A stretch of DNA of 64,000 nt from an uncultured Chlamydiales bacterium (GCA_963699155.1 OY969414.1:64001-128000), one strand, 5' to 3'. Shown: positions 49,735 through 59,612, counted from the first letter of the stretch. Notes: generated by a model not told the origin, from the letters alone. Program-made: numbers and translations.

Positions 49735-51021
49735 ATGCGTATCCTACTGTTCACTCTCCTCCTTCTATCTCCCCTCTTCGCTGAGGAAGAGATCACGATC
49801 CATCTCAGCTCACAAGAAAGCCTTGTTCCTCTTCACCTCTCATCAATTACGGAGAGTGGAAGTGGCTTTGAGAAGAGCTACATCACTGCGTTGGAAAAAG
49901 TGTTGCGCTTCGACTTCAACCATAACGGCATCACGGAAGTCAGCTCCTCGTCGAAGGGAGCCGCTACGTTCGAAGTGGTGATCAAGCAAAAAAGTTTGAA
50001 GGCAACGCTGGCAGCCACAGCGACAAGCCACGCCAAAGGAGTCGAAGGTGTCACTCTGACGGGAAATTTGGCTCAAGACAGGATAACCCTCCACAGTGTC
50101 CATGACACGCTCCTCACTTCTGTTTTTGATGCCAAAGGCATTGCCAATAGCCACATTCTCTACACAGTCAGAAACAAGAAAAGCGACGATGCGACCCAGT
50201 GGGTCAGCGATGTCTGGGAAGCCGACTATGATGGTGCCAATGCAAAACAGCTGACGAAAGAGAGCTGTCTGATTGTGACGCCCACTTTTGTGCCTGCAAA
50301 GGAGGGAAGACCCCGCCATTTTCTCTACGTCTCCTATAAGTCGGGCCAACCGAAGATCTTTGGCGCCACTTTAGCAGCTGGTGCGGAAGCTGGCAAACGG
50401 CTCACCTTTTTGCGTGGCAACCAGCTGATGCCTGCGGTTTCGCCACGACTGAATCAGGTGGCCTTCATCAATGATATCACGGGCAATCCCGACCTCTTTG
50501 TTCAAGATTTTTCAGCAGAAAAAGGGCTTATCGGACAACCGCGCCAGGTCTTCGCTGCTCCCGGCGCAACGCAAGGTTCTCCCTGCTACAGCCCTGATGG
50601 GAAAAAATTGGCCTTTGTCTCCAATAAAGATGGCACACCGCGGATCTTTGTGTTGACGATTCCGGAGCCGGGTGCATCGGTTAAAGATCTCAAGCCCAAG
50701 ATGGTCACAAAAAAGACAAAAGATAATACCTGCCCATCCTGGTCACCCGATGGCAAAAAGATTGCCTACAGTGCTCTCGTAGGCGGTGCCCGCCAGATCT
50801 GGGTGTATAATGTGGCGACAGGAGAAGAGACACAGCTTACAGAGGGATCGGGTCATAAAGAAAATCCCACCTGGGCCCCTAACAGCCTCCATTTGATGTT
50901 TAACTCATCCGCGACGAGCGGTTCTGAGATTTACATGATCAACTTGAACCAGAAAAAGGCTGTCAAAATCACTCAAGGCCCTGGTGAAAAACGGTTTCCC
51001 TCGTGGGAACCTTATCATTAG
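49735..51021 (+). CDS. tolB: Tol-Pal beta-propeller protein TolB
   Basis: Signal peptide, DYDGAN and repeated PxWSPDGKKIA (PD40) motifs. Confidence 0.92.
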   Translation: MRILLFTLLLLSPLFAEEEITIHLSSQESLVPLHLSSITESGSGFEKSYITALEKVLRFDFNHNGITEVSSSSKGAATFEVVIKQKSLKATLAATATSHAKGVEGVTLTGNLAQDRITLHSVHDTLLTSVFDAKGIANSHILYTVRNKKSDDATQWVSDVWEADYDGANAKQLTKESCLIVTPTFVPAKEGRPRHFLYVSYKSGQPKIFGATLAAGAEAGKRLTFLRGNQLMPAVSPRLNQVAFINDITGNPDLFVQDFSAEKGLIGQPRQVFAAPGATQGSPCYSPDGKKLAFVSNKDGTPRIFVLTIPEPGASVKDLKPKMVTKKTKDNTCPSWSPDGKKIAYSALVGGARQIWVYNVATGEETQLTEGSGHKENPTWAPNSLHLMFNSSATSGSEIYMINLNQKKAVKITQGPGEKRFPSWEPYH

Positions 51022-51024
51022 ATC

Positions 51025-51097
51025 TCTTTTGCTGCCCGGCGAGGTTAAGCAAGGGGTTCTAAAAATGCCCGGTGAGGTTAAGCAAGGGGTCTAAAAA
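51025..51097 (+). repeat. Tandem duplication (33/32 bp) resembling the right end of the RPE-like element
   Basis: tgcccgg(c/t)gaggttaagcaagggg(t)tctaaaaa at 51033 and 51066. Confidence 0.7.
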
Positions 51098-51169
51098 GTA
51101 ACCGCTTTTGCTGGCCACGTGAGGCCAAGAGGGCAGTTTTTAAAAATTAAACGAGGAAGCGAGGAAACG

Positions 51170-51886
51170 ATGAAAAGAAGCCTTATTTTAGGATGCACGG
51201 CGCTGGTACTTTCGGCCAGTTTGACCTCCTGCTACCGCTCACGTAGCGAAATGTGGGAAGATTCGAAGACTGCGGGAAGATATATGGGAAAAGGGATGCG
51301 CTCCTTTTTTGGACAGCATGTCGACTCCAGAGAATATGCAAAAATGTCAGACAATTGGGACGGAAGGGAGGGCCACTTCGCTGCCTCTGACTCTCAGGGA
51401 GAATTTGTCCCCTTGGGCGGTGCAGAAGGGTTTCAAAGCTTAGAAGCCAAAGATTATCCCATCTCGAAAGAATCGCCTGGCGATCCTGGCTCCCCCATCC
51501 CAGGCGTTGATGGCTTTTATAGCCCTACAGGTTCGCTTGCGACCCTTTTTAACAACATCCATTTTGAAACAGATCACTACTCGGTGCAAGGGTCAGAGAG
51601 TGTCGCCAACTTGCGCGAAATTGCCTCCTATATGACCTCTCACCAGGGAACCTATGTCTTCGTTGAGGGGCATGCCGACGAGAGAGGAGCCGCAGCCTAC
51701 AACTTAGCTCTCGCAGCCAAAAGAGCCAATGCTGTCCGCAATTTCCTGATTGAAAATGGAGTCAATCCCGACCAGCTCTTCACAATTTCGTATGGCCTTG
51801 AGCGGCCCATCTCGCTTTCTCATGATGAAGCGGGCTGGATGGCCAACCGCCGCGCGCAATTTAGGCTCTATGATCGGAAAGGATAG
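51170..51886 (+). CDS. pal: Peptidoglycan-associated lipoprotein (OmpA family)
   Basis: Lipobox LTSC; EGHADERG, YNLALAAKRA and NRRAQF motifs. Confidence 0.92.
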   Translation: MKRSLILGCTALVLSASLTSCYRSRSEMWEDSKTAGRYMGKGMRSFFGQHVDSREYAKMSDNWDGREGHFAASDSQGEFVPLGGAEGFQSLEAKDYPISKESPGDPGSPIPGVDGFYSPTGSLATLFNNIHFETDHYSVQGSESVANLREIASYMTSHQGTYVFVEGHADERGAAAYNLALAAKRANAVRNFLIENGVNPDQLFTISYGLERPISLSHDEAGWMANRRAQFRLYDRKG

Positions 51887-51921
51887 GATAATTTTATGAA
51901 CGAAAAGGGTAGTAACCAGCT

Positions 51922-52500
51922 GTGAAACGGATTGCCACTTTTTTACTACTTCTTTTAACGGGAGGGGCTCTTTTTGGGGCCTCTTCCCATGATTCCGCAT
52001 TGCTCCAGGAGCTCCGTCTCTCCCTAGAACAGCTAAGTCGTCAGGTCCATAGCCAGAGTGTCGAGATCAATCTCTTTCAGGAGAGGGCGCTCTCCCTTGA
52101 AAATAGTGTCAAAAACCTGAAACAGGAGCACCGAACCGGTTCTTCTGACAGAGGGGTGGAAAAGAGAATCGGTACTATTGAAAAGAGTCAGGAAGCAATG
52201 GTGACCGATCTGAAAAGCCTCAAGAACCATCTCAACGAGACCAATCGATCTATCACAGAGTGCCAGAGTCAGCTCACAAAAATAGATAAGCAGCTCACCT
52301 CTGACATCCATGCCCTAAAAGGGTCGATCCAATCGATGCTTGCTCTCCTCCAGGGTGAGGGGAAGAGCTATATCGTCCAAAATGGGGACTCGCTGGGTCA
52401 GATCGCCCTCAACCATAAGACCGATATCAAAACCCTCAAAAAGCTCAATAACCTCTCCACTGACAAGATCTATTCGGGTCAAAAGCTGATCCTTCCTTAA
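51922..52500 (+). CDS. Coiled-coil + LysM periplasmic protein
   Basis: Signal peptide, coiled coil, YIVQNGDSLGQIA..LNNL..IYSGQKL. Confidence 0.88.
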   Translation: MKRIATFLLLLLTGGALFGASSHDSALLQELRLSLEQLSRQVHSQSVEINLFQERALSLENSVKNLKQEHRTGSSDRGVEKRIGTIEKSQEAMVTDLKSLKNHLNETNRSITECQSQLTKIDKQLTSDIHALKGSIQSMLALLQGEGKSYIVQNGDSLGQIALNHKTDIKTLKKLNNLSTDKIYSGQKLILP

Positions 52501-52630
52501 TTTTCGCCCCAAAAATATTTTTCACACATCTTAATATAAAATTAAAACTTCTATTATATAATAGAGCCATAAGTTAAACAACTTTAACCAATAAAGTAAT
52601 AAAAACCCATAAAACGGAGAAAAAAATAAT

Positions 52631-53320
52631 ATGGCATCAGCATCAACACCAAAAGTTGATTCAGGAGGAGTGATTCCTTTAGCAGGAGGAAGAGAAAAAG
52701 AAAAAGAATCCAAAACTGGCGCAATCGTGCTCAGTTCAGGAGAGACAAGAGCAGTGAAGCCCGGTTGCTGGGCGAGCATGTCACCTGGGAAAAAGATTGG
52801 ACTTAAGACGGGCATCACTGTAGGCGCTGTCATCGCCATCATCCTCGGCGTCGTCATCTACCAGACCAACTTCTTTGGCGCAGGTTACGGATGGCTGAAT
52901 TCCGTCGGCAATTTCTTCACACAGACTGTAAGCCCCATACTCCATCAGGCAGCTTCTGCTGTGAAAAACTGGCTGGATGCGGCTTCTAACTTGAGCAACG
53001 GCGCTGTTTTAGGTATCTCGGTAGGATCAGCTGTAGTTGGCGGCGGTGTCGCAACAGCTATCATCAATCGTCGCTGGTTCAAATCCAGAATCCATGAAAT
53101 GAGGGAAAAGATTGCCGAAGCCAATGCTGAGAGAGCGAGAAAAGCTCTTGAAGGCAAGAAAGAGGCTCCAGCTGCTGCTGCAGCTCCTTCATTAGAAGCT
53201 GTTAAGGCAGAAACTAAGTCAGAAGCTAACTTGCTAGACAAACTGTTAGCCTGTGTCAGAAGCAAGAAAGTAGAACATGGCCCTGCTGTTGACCCACATT
53301 TGCCACAGCTATATACCTAA
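52631..53320 (+). CDS. Hypothetical Inc-like membrane protein
   Basis: GGAG RBS; two hydrophobic helices with amphipathic spacer, then coiled coil. Confidence 0.7.
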   Translation: MASASTPKVDSGGVIPLAGGREKEKESKTGAIVLSSGETRAVKPGCWASMSPGKKIGLKTGITVGAVIAIILGVVIYQTNFFGAGYGWLNSVGNFFTQTVSPILHQAASAVKNWLDAASNLSNGAVLGISVGSAVVGGGVATAIINRRWFKSRIHEMREKIAEANAERARKALEGKKEAPAAAAAPSLEAVKAETKSEANLLDKLLACVRSKKVEHGPAVDPHLPQLYT

Positions 53321-53336
53321 TCTAATTAGGGACAAG

Positions 53337-53366
53337 AAGGGAGCTAGGAAACTAGCTCCTTTTTTT
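53337..53366 (+). terminator. Rho-independent terminator
   Basis: GGAGCTAG-GAAA-CTAGCTCC followed by T7. Confidence 0.8.
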
Positions 53367-53367
53367 A

Positions 53368-53533
53368 GGCTGTGTTGAAAAATTTAAGCTGCTCATCTTT
53401 AGCCATCTTTGATCCTCCATTTTTCGAACCACTCGCTCGAAGATAGCGCTGGGGCTATCTTCTTCACTCATGTTTCAAAAACTGGAGGCCAAATCTGGCT
53501 AAATTCGAGCGGCTTAAATTTTTCAACACAGCC
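53368..53533. mobile_element. 166-bp MITE-like element, copy 2 (inverted relative to copy 1)
   Basis: TIR GGCTGTGTTGAAAAATTTAAGC; 9-bp direct repeat CTTTTTTTA (53359-53367 and 53534-53542). Confidence 0.88.
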
Positions 53534-53615
53534 CTTTTTTTATACAAATTTTTCTATTTTAATACTTTCTTAATTATAAAATATTATAATTGTATTATAA
53601 AATGGAGGAAGTAAT

Positions 53616-54329
53616 ATGTCTTCAGATGGTGTAAGTGAGAGCTATCTAACTAGCCTGATTTATGGCGAACCTCAACCTACCGCTTCATGTTCTGCGAAGC
53701 CATGGGTTATCTCTGGGGTTGCCCTGCTTGTTATTGGAGTGGCAGGAGCTGTCCTAGCCTACTACTTTAACCCCACCTTCCACAACTTTGTCAATCAGGC
53801 TGCTTTAGATATAAGTAAGTTTGTCACAACATCGCAGCTCTCTACTCAGCAAAGTCTGCTGATGATCACTCTTCCGGTAGCAGGAGCGGCTCTTATCACT
53901 GGCTTGACCATCCACATTGTCCGTAGCCATAAAGAGAAGGTGCAAAGTCATGAGCGATTACCCATCTCTCAAGAAGAACCGCGTCTCATCGATACTTTAA
54001 AAGAGATGGCACCTACAAAAAAACAGATGATGACAACGGGAATTGTTCTAGCAACTCTTTTGCTCATCGGATCGGCGGCTTATGCAGTGATCCACTGGGT
54101 ACCAGTTGTGAATCAATGGGTCACGGGGCAGGCTTTACCACAGCTGCAGCCGCTTCTCAACCATCAGTTTGTCTTTTGGCAATCGGCCCTCTACTTTGGA
54201 GCCGGCACTGCTGCTCTTGCCGTGATCACAGGCTTGGGTAGCACAGCGATTCGCTCCTGCAAAGAGCGGCAGGAGGCTACTAAGTTTCTCACTGATTACC
54301 AAGTGAAACAATTCCCAGCAGGAAAATAG
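53616..54329 (+). CDS. Hypothetical Inc-like membrane protein with internal duplication
   Basis: GGAGG RBS; two TM-spacer-TM units, each ending ITGL....RS.KE. Confidence 0.72.
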   Translation: MSSDGVSESYLTSLIYGEPQPTASCSAKPWVISGVALLVIGVAGAVLAYYFNPTFHNFVNQAALDISKFVTTSQLSTQQSLLMITLPVAGAALITGLTIHIVRSHKEKVQSHERLPISQEEPRLIDTLKEMAPTKKQMMTTGIVLATLLLIGSAAYAVIHWVPVVNQWVTGQALPQLQPLLNHQFVFWQSALYFGAGTAALAVITGLGSTAIRSCKERQEATKFLTDYQVKQFPAGK

Positions 54330-54351
54330 GAAATTCTCTTAGAATTTTCTC

Positions 54352-54723
54352 ATGCGCTGGCAGGAGCTTCCCGAAGCTGTCGATGGGAGTGAGATCGAGA
54401 TCCGAGGCTTTCTTTACCAAACTCCGAGTGGATCTTGGATTCTCTCTTCGGAAGCTGGTCTCAAAACCTGTTGTCAGGGCCATCCAGAAAAAAAAGGGTC
54501 TCAACTCACGCTTGTAGGCAATTTTTCTGAGGCCCCCACCAATAAAAGAATTCTGGTGGTGGGAAAAATCGACCAGTTGAAGGGCCAAAGGCTCCTCGAG
54601 GGCAGTTGGCTACCTGAGAGCCCCTTTCCTTGGGGTACAGCCGGGCTGCTTGCGCTCTGCCTGCTGCTTCTAGCTCTCTATAGAGAAATTCGCAGCAGGA
54701 ACGGCTCTAAACTCAAACGTTAG
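54352..54723 (+). CDS. Hypothetical protein with C-terminal TM
   Basis: EIEIRGFLY..WILS..LKTCC, hydrophobic tail; start may be upstream. Confidence 0.55.
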   Translation: MRWQELPEAVDGSEIEIRGFLYQTPSGSWILSSEAGLKTCCQGHPEKKGSQLTLVGNFSEAPTNKRILVVGKIDQLKGQRLLEGSWLPESPFPWGTAGLLALCLLLLALYREIRSRNGSKLKR

Positions 54724-55420
54724 CTGTGTCCTCTTCTTCCTTGAATCGGTAACCGACGCCGCGCACTGTCTCGATCCAATGAAAATTGGGGCCGAGCTTT
54801 TTCCTCAAAGCAGCGATGTGAACGTCGATGTTGCGATCCATGATGAAGGCATCATCGTTCTGTACATCGTCGAGAAGTTGGTTTCGTGTCAATACCTTGC
54901 CACGGTTGGCCAGGAATCTGCGCAGTATGCCAAACTCGGAGAGAGTGACAGGAATGTATTTGTCCCTTTTGCGGAGGAGATAACGATCGACCTCGAGAGT
55001 AAAGTCTCCGAATGTGAGGGTTTTTGCCACCTTTTGAGGCTCTCTGCCTCTCCGTAAGACAGCTTTGATGCGGGAAAAGAGGATCTTTGGTGAGAAGGGC
55101 TTGGCCACATAGTCATCAGCACCTAGTTCAAGCCCAAGCACCACATCGAGCTCCTCATTCTTCGCAGAGATAATGATCACAGGAATGTTTTTGAGCTCGG
55201 GGCTATGCTTCATCTTACGGCAGATATCTAGCCCGTTCTGCCCTGGAAGCATGATATCGAGGACAACGAGGTCCGGTTTCTCTCTCTCGATGGCACGATA
55301 TCCATTAATCCCATCTATTTCGACATGCAATTTATATCCTGAAATGTCGGCCTGCAGCTTGATCAACGCAGCGATGTCTTCTTCGTCTTCGATTAACAAT
55401 ATACTCTTCTTCTGTGTCAT
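54713..55420 (-). CDS. OmpR/PhoB-family response regulator
   Basis: Receiver (IEDE, LDIMLPG, GADDYVAKPF) and winged helix (DVHIAALRKKL, ETVRGVGYR). Confidence 0.93.
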   Translation of the reverse strand: MTQKKSILLIEDEEDIAALIKLQADISGYKLHVEIDGINGYRAIEREKPDLVVLDIMLPGQNGLDICRKMKHSPELKNIPVIIISAKNEELDVVLGLELGADDYVAKPFSPKILFSRIKAVLRRGREPQKVAKTLTFGDFTLEVDRYLLRKRDKYIPVTLSEFGILRRFLANRGKVLTRNQLLDDVQNDDAFIMDRNIDVHIAALRKKLGPNFHWIETVRGVGYRFKEEEDTANV

Positions 55421-55525
55421 GGTTCCTCTCTGTATCGCTTGGTTAATCTATTACTAACATGAACATTTTATAAATGGAAACCTTTTTTGTTCCTTGATCG
55501 AAGAAAATAGATGTTGGCGGTTAAT

Positions 55526-55559
55526 CTTTACACAATCTTTTCACATTACTTTACACAAT
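55526..55559. promoter_or_regulatory. Three imperfect 11-bp direct repeats, candidate OmpR/PhoB-type binding site
   Basis: ctttacacaat (55526), cttttcacatt (55537), ctttacacaat (55549) in the divergent intergenic region. Confidence 0.5.
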
Positions 55560-55632
55560 CTTATTATCGCTAATTTAATTTGCAGAAAAGTTTAATGCTC
55601 GTTAATATGCCAAAGAAATTAGGTTGCTGATC

Positions 55633-57483
55633 ATGAATAAATGGTTACTTTTACTCATTGCCTCCATCGCCACTCTTGGCATCGGCTCCTTCTATCTGTG
55701 CAGGCCCGACCCTGAAAAAGAGTTGGCCAAAGCTTATCATTATCTAAGCGAGGGTAATCTAACTGAAGCCGAGAAGGTTCTTTCTTCACAAGGTAGTTCA
55801 GCAAGGAGCTCGCTCTATAAAGCCTATATCCAACAGATGCGCGGCCGTTTTGAGAATGGTGAAAAATTCCTCCAGACTGCCTTCAAAGCAGCGAAAGCTT
55901 CACATCAACGCGATCTGCTCTGCGAGATTTCTCTCGCAGAAGCAGCCAATCGTTACTGTTTGGGTGATGAGGAGAATTTTCACGCAGCTGTGGAAAGGGC
56001 ACGCACCTACAATTCTGAATCTCCACTGCTCCCCTTCTTTGAGGGTCTCGATCTCTACCTTCAGCAATCCTACGCTGAGTCTCTCAAAAAATGGGGCAAT
56101 GAAACACGTGCACAAGAGGTTCCATGGAGCAACGACCAAGGTTCGCAGTCACAAACAGCCCCATGGATGGCATTTGCCATAGAGAGCCTCTTTTCACCCA
56201 GCTGGAAGCGACTTCATACTGCCCACTCACTGATCGAAGCGGGAGATAGCGCGTCGGCTCGCGAGATCCTTGAGAAAGAGAGCTGCGCGGCGAGCTCGGG
56301 GGAAGAATGGCTACCCTTAAATCATCTTCTATTGGGTCTCTCTTATCTAAAAGAGGCGCGCCCACTCCCTCTTGAGCAGAGAGATTCCTATTATAAAATT
56401 GCCCGCTTCTATCTCGAACGGGCTCATGCCGAGGAGCTCTTCCCGCAAGAGCAGAAGCGGGCTATCACCCTCCTGAAAGAGGAGACGGCCCAGCTCTTTC
56501 TTGATTCTCAATTTGAGAGAGCCTTTTCCTTTATCCATCTCCTCCAAAGCTGGAAGGCCGGCGAATCAATTGAAGAGCTCAGCCACCATTTTGCCTCACT
56601 GATCCTCCAGCAGTCGCCAGAAGTGGCCCTCTCCCTCTGCTCAGCCCTCAGAAAGGAGTTTCAAGGCTCTCCTTTTCATCTATTGATCACTGAAAAGCTT
56701 CTGGCTACCTTATCAGGGCATCTGAAAGCAGGTGAATCGGATGATCTCTTCCGCATGTGGGCCTCTATCGAACAGCTGGCACCTAGCCCTCAAATGGCTG
56801 CCAAACGGATTGCGGCTCTCACTTCCGAAGAGCTCTTTGAAATGGTCAAAAAAGATAACACCTCGCTCTCGCGCACGCGCCAGTTTCTCGTCTTCTGGGA
56901 AAAACTGAACCGCACCCCTCTGGAGAGGGAGGTCTTAGCACGCGAGCTTCTGATCCACTCGAAAATCTTCTGGCATCATGAACAGCAAGAGAAGAAGGGG
57001 CAACATCTCATGGAGATCGCTCTCAACCTCTCCCAACATAGTCCTTATGTCGAGCGAGAGATGAGCCATTTTTTAACCACTCTGTTCAAACAAGCGGAAA
57101 GCAGCAACATGATAGGTCGGCTCTTGCTGGTCTATGATGCTCTCGAGAAGTTCCAGATCAGCTGCCAAGATCTGATCTCCAAGTCGACCCTGGCCAACTA
57201 TCTCGCTGATGCAGACTATCTCTACCACTCCCGCAACTATTCAGCTGCCAAAACGATCGCTACCTGGGTGTTGAAATTAGAGCCCCTTCATGAGGTAGCG
57301 CTCCGCTTAGCCGGTCTCGCCTCCTTCCAGATGGCAGAATATGGGCAAGCCCTCAGCTACCTCCAACTGGTCGAAGCGCCTGACGAGGAGAGTCACAATG
57401 CGTTAATGCTCTCCCAAGTTTTTGCGTCTCAAGAACAAGCGAAACATCTCTGCCAGATAGACCCTACTGAGACTTACGAATAA
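55633..57483 (+). CDS. TPR-like helical repeat protein with N-terminal membrane anchor
   Basis: Hydrophobic N-terminus; TPR-like AxxYL..G....A repeats. Confidence 0.75.
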   Translation: MNKWLLLLIASIATLGIGSFYLCRPDPEKELAKAYHYLSEGNLTEAEKVLSSQGSSARSSLYKAYIQQMRGRFENGEKFLQTAFKAAKASHQRDLLCEISLAEAANRYCLGDEENFHAAVERARTYNSESPLLPFFEGLDLYLQQSYAESLKKWGNETRAQEVPWSNDQGSQSQTAPWMAFAIESLFSPSWKRLHTAHSLIEAGDSASAREILEKESCAASSGEEWLPLNHLLLGLSYLKEARPLPLEQRDSYYKIARFYLERAHAEELFPQEQKRAITLLKEETAQLFLDSQFERAFSFIHLLQSWKAGESIEELSHHFASLILQQSPEVALSLCSALRKEFQGSPFHLLITEKLLATLSGHLKAGESDDLFRMWASIEQLAPSPQMAAKRIAALTSEELFEMVKKDNTSLSRTRQFLVFWEKLNRTPLEREVLARELLIHSKIFWHHEQQEKKGQHLMEIALNLSQHSPYVEREMSHFLTTLFKQAESSNMIGRLLLVYDALEKFQISCQDLISKSTLANYLADADYLYHSRNYSAAKTIATWVLKLEPLHEVALRLAGLASFQMAEYGQALSYLQLVEAPDEESHNALMLSQVFASQEQAKHLCQIDPTETYE

Positions 57484-57527
57484 TCTTTAAATGAGTATAA
57501 TTAACCTTGAGTGGGGTTAGTTATATT

Positions 57528-58022
57528 ATGGCGCAAACTATCAAATTAACTGATTTATTAGACAGCAGACAACTTGATAAACATAAAGATCAGCTAATTA
57601 ATTATTTCCAACAGGGCGGCACCTGGCAACAGCTTCTCAATTACGATGACAATCTGCTGCGCTCGCAATACCAGAAAGCCTACGATCTCTATCAAAAGGC
57701 AGACTACAAAAATGCAGCTGCCCTCTTTTCCTATCTCACTGTGCTCAATCCCTATGAATCCAATTTTTGGATGGGACTAGGAATCTCTAAACAGTCTGAC
57801 CGTCTCTACGAAGAGGCGATTGTCAGCTATACGACTGCAGAAGCAATGAATCCCGAGAATCCGATCCCTCATCTGCACATGGCGCAATGTTTTTACGGCC
57901 TCAATTTGCGCGAACAGGCGGTCAGCCATCTCCAGCAAGCGATCCAAATCGCTGGCGACCGGCCCGAATTTGCCGACATCCGGTTGAAGGCCTCTACCAT
58001 TTTAGAAAATCTACCGAAATAG
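57528..58022 (+). CDS. SycD/LcrH class II type III secretion chaperone
   Basis: YQKAYDLYQKADYKNAAALFSYLTVLNP, FWMGLG, YEEAIVSY and P.PHLHMAQC motifs. Confidence 0.85.
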   Translation: MAQTIKLTDLLDSRQLDKHKDQLINYFQQGGTWQQLLNYDDNLLRSQYQKAYDLYQKADYKNAAALFSYLTVLNPYESNFWMGLGISKQSDRLYEEAIVSYTTAEAMNPENPIPHLHMAQCFYGLNLREQAVSHLQQAIQIAGDRPEFADIRLKASTILENLPK

Positions 58023-58028
58023 GGGCCT

Positions 58029-59585
58029 ATGTCGAAAACAGAGGGGCCAGGAGATTTTTTTAGAATAAGGGAGTACCGAGTCTATCCCCAAACATCTCTG
58101 CCGGGCGAACCAATCACCGCAGCTCAGGCGCGCCAGCTCGTTGAAGATTTTTCTTATACGGCATCTCCCCTCACGCCCGTTCCTGCACTCGAAGGTTTTG
58201 TCGATATAGTCGCAGCCCACGGCACGGTGATTCAGAATAGAGAGCTCCACATCGACGCAAAGCCCGATCCCGCCAACCGCGAAAAAAGGGAAGCGTGCCA
58301 AGAGAAACAGTTTCAGCTTTGGGAAGAGATAAAAGCCCACCCTTATGTGACGACAGGGTTTGTGATCGCCGGATTGATGCTTCTCGGTACAATTGCATTG
58401 GGCATTACGGTAGCAGCCACAGGTCACACCTCTTTTACCCTTTTTGGGCAGCAAGTTCCTATCGATGTCACCACCTTGACGATGATGCTGAGCTATGTGA
58501 TCACCCTCGCTGTTTTTTGCCGTGAAGCAGCCCTTAAAAGCGATCTGGAGTCGAAAATTGATACCATCAACGAAGAGACGCACTCAAAACATACCTTTAC
58601 AGAAGAGGAATTGCAAAAGAAGATTGCTGAAATCAACGCCAGAATCATGGAGCACGGAGTCAGCTATATTGAAATTGAGCAAAAAGATCGGGCTCTTTCA
58701 GTGACTCTTAAAGAGCAGTATGACAAGGCGACTCAAGCTCAGGGGCGATTAGAAGAATTAAAAAAGGCTCTTTATACTCTTGTTAACCGCGGGGTACCTC
58801 AAGAGCCGATCAGAGAAGCGATAGAAAAGGTGGCGGTCGTCCTTACATTGGGAGGGCAGTTGGCGGCTCCTGTTTTTCCACCCACCACCGAGGTCCCCAC
58901 AATTACCACCATCGAGCTCTTCCCTTCTACACTTTCCATTCCTGAGCACCAGACGGAAACCATGTATGACAATCAGCTGAAACAGCTCGAATTTTGGAAC
59001 CGGATGGGGACAAGACTATCCGATTTGGCCACCACCTTCGAATTCTCCAAGCTCTCCGTAGCGACGGCAATCGCGGGACTACTCATCCTCGCCTGTTCGG
59101 GGATTGCTCTCGGTTTTTATGCCCATGGATCTACCCATCTTTTTCTCTTTGGTGAACTCGATCTTCGGGTGATTCTGCAGATCGGCATGTATGGCCTCAC
59201 CTCGCTGATGTATGGTCTCTATAATGCTAGAATAGATGGTCTTCAAAGGAGTTTGAAACAAAAAGAAGAGGAGAGAGTGGCCCGGCAAGCCATTATCGAA
59301 AGAGAACGGGGAAGACAGGTGGTCATTCAAAGAATGGCGGCCCAAACCTTAGATGATTATACCAGGAAGTGGCTCGCCTTCCAAGAGAGCGCCGTCAGTC
59401 AACTCCAGCAGACGAGAGATACTTTGGAAAAAGGGAATGCCGCCCAGATGTTGCAAGTGCAGCAGTTATGTGAGGGCATTGTGCGCGTTCTTGCACCTAT
59501 CGCCTTCCCTCAATCTGCTCCGCAGGAAGTGAGACGCATCCTCGAAACAGCTGCTCAAGGCGCAATTCAATTTGTCCTCAAATAA
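58029..59585 (+). CDS. Candidate T3SS translocator/Inc-like substrate with two hydrophobic-hairpin + coiled-coil modules
   Basis: Starts 6 nt after the chaperone; duplicated IAGL..L..IALG....G.T...LFG unit. Confidence 0.65.
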   Translation: MSKTEGPGDFFRIREYRVYPQTSLPGEPITAAQARQLVEDFSYTASPLTPVPALEGFVDIVAAHGTVIQNRELHIDAKPDPANREKREACQEKQFQLWEEIKAHPYVTTGFVIAGLMLLGTIALGITVAATGHTSFTLFGQQVPIDVTTLTMMLSYVITLAVFCREAALKSDLESKIDTINEETHSKHTFTEEELQKKIAEINARIMEHGVSYIEIEQKDRALSVTLKEQYDKATQAQGRLEELKKALYTLVNRGVPQEPIREAIEKVAVVLTLGGQLAAPVFPPTTEVPTITTIELFPSTLSIPEHQTETMYDNQLKQLEFWNRMGTRLSDLATTFEFSKLSVATAIAGLLILACSGIALGFYAHGSTHLFLFGELDLRVILQIGMYGLTSLMYGLYNARIDGLQRSLKQKEEERVARQAIIERERGRQVVIQRMAAQTLDDYTRKWLAFQESAVSQLQQTRDTLEKGNAAQMLQVQQLCEGIVRVLAPIAFPQSAPQEVRRILETAAQGAIQFVLK

Positions 59586-59612
59586 GCTCATAGTGTATGA
59601 ATACTGCCACAT

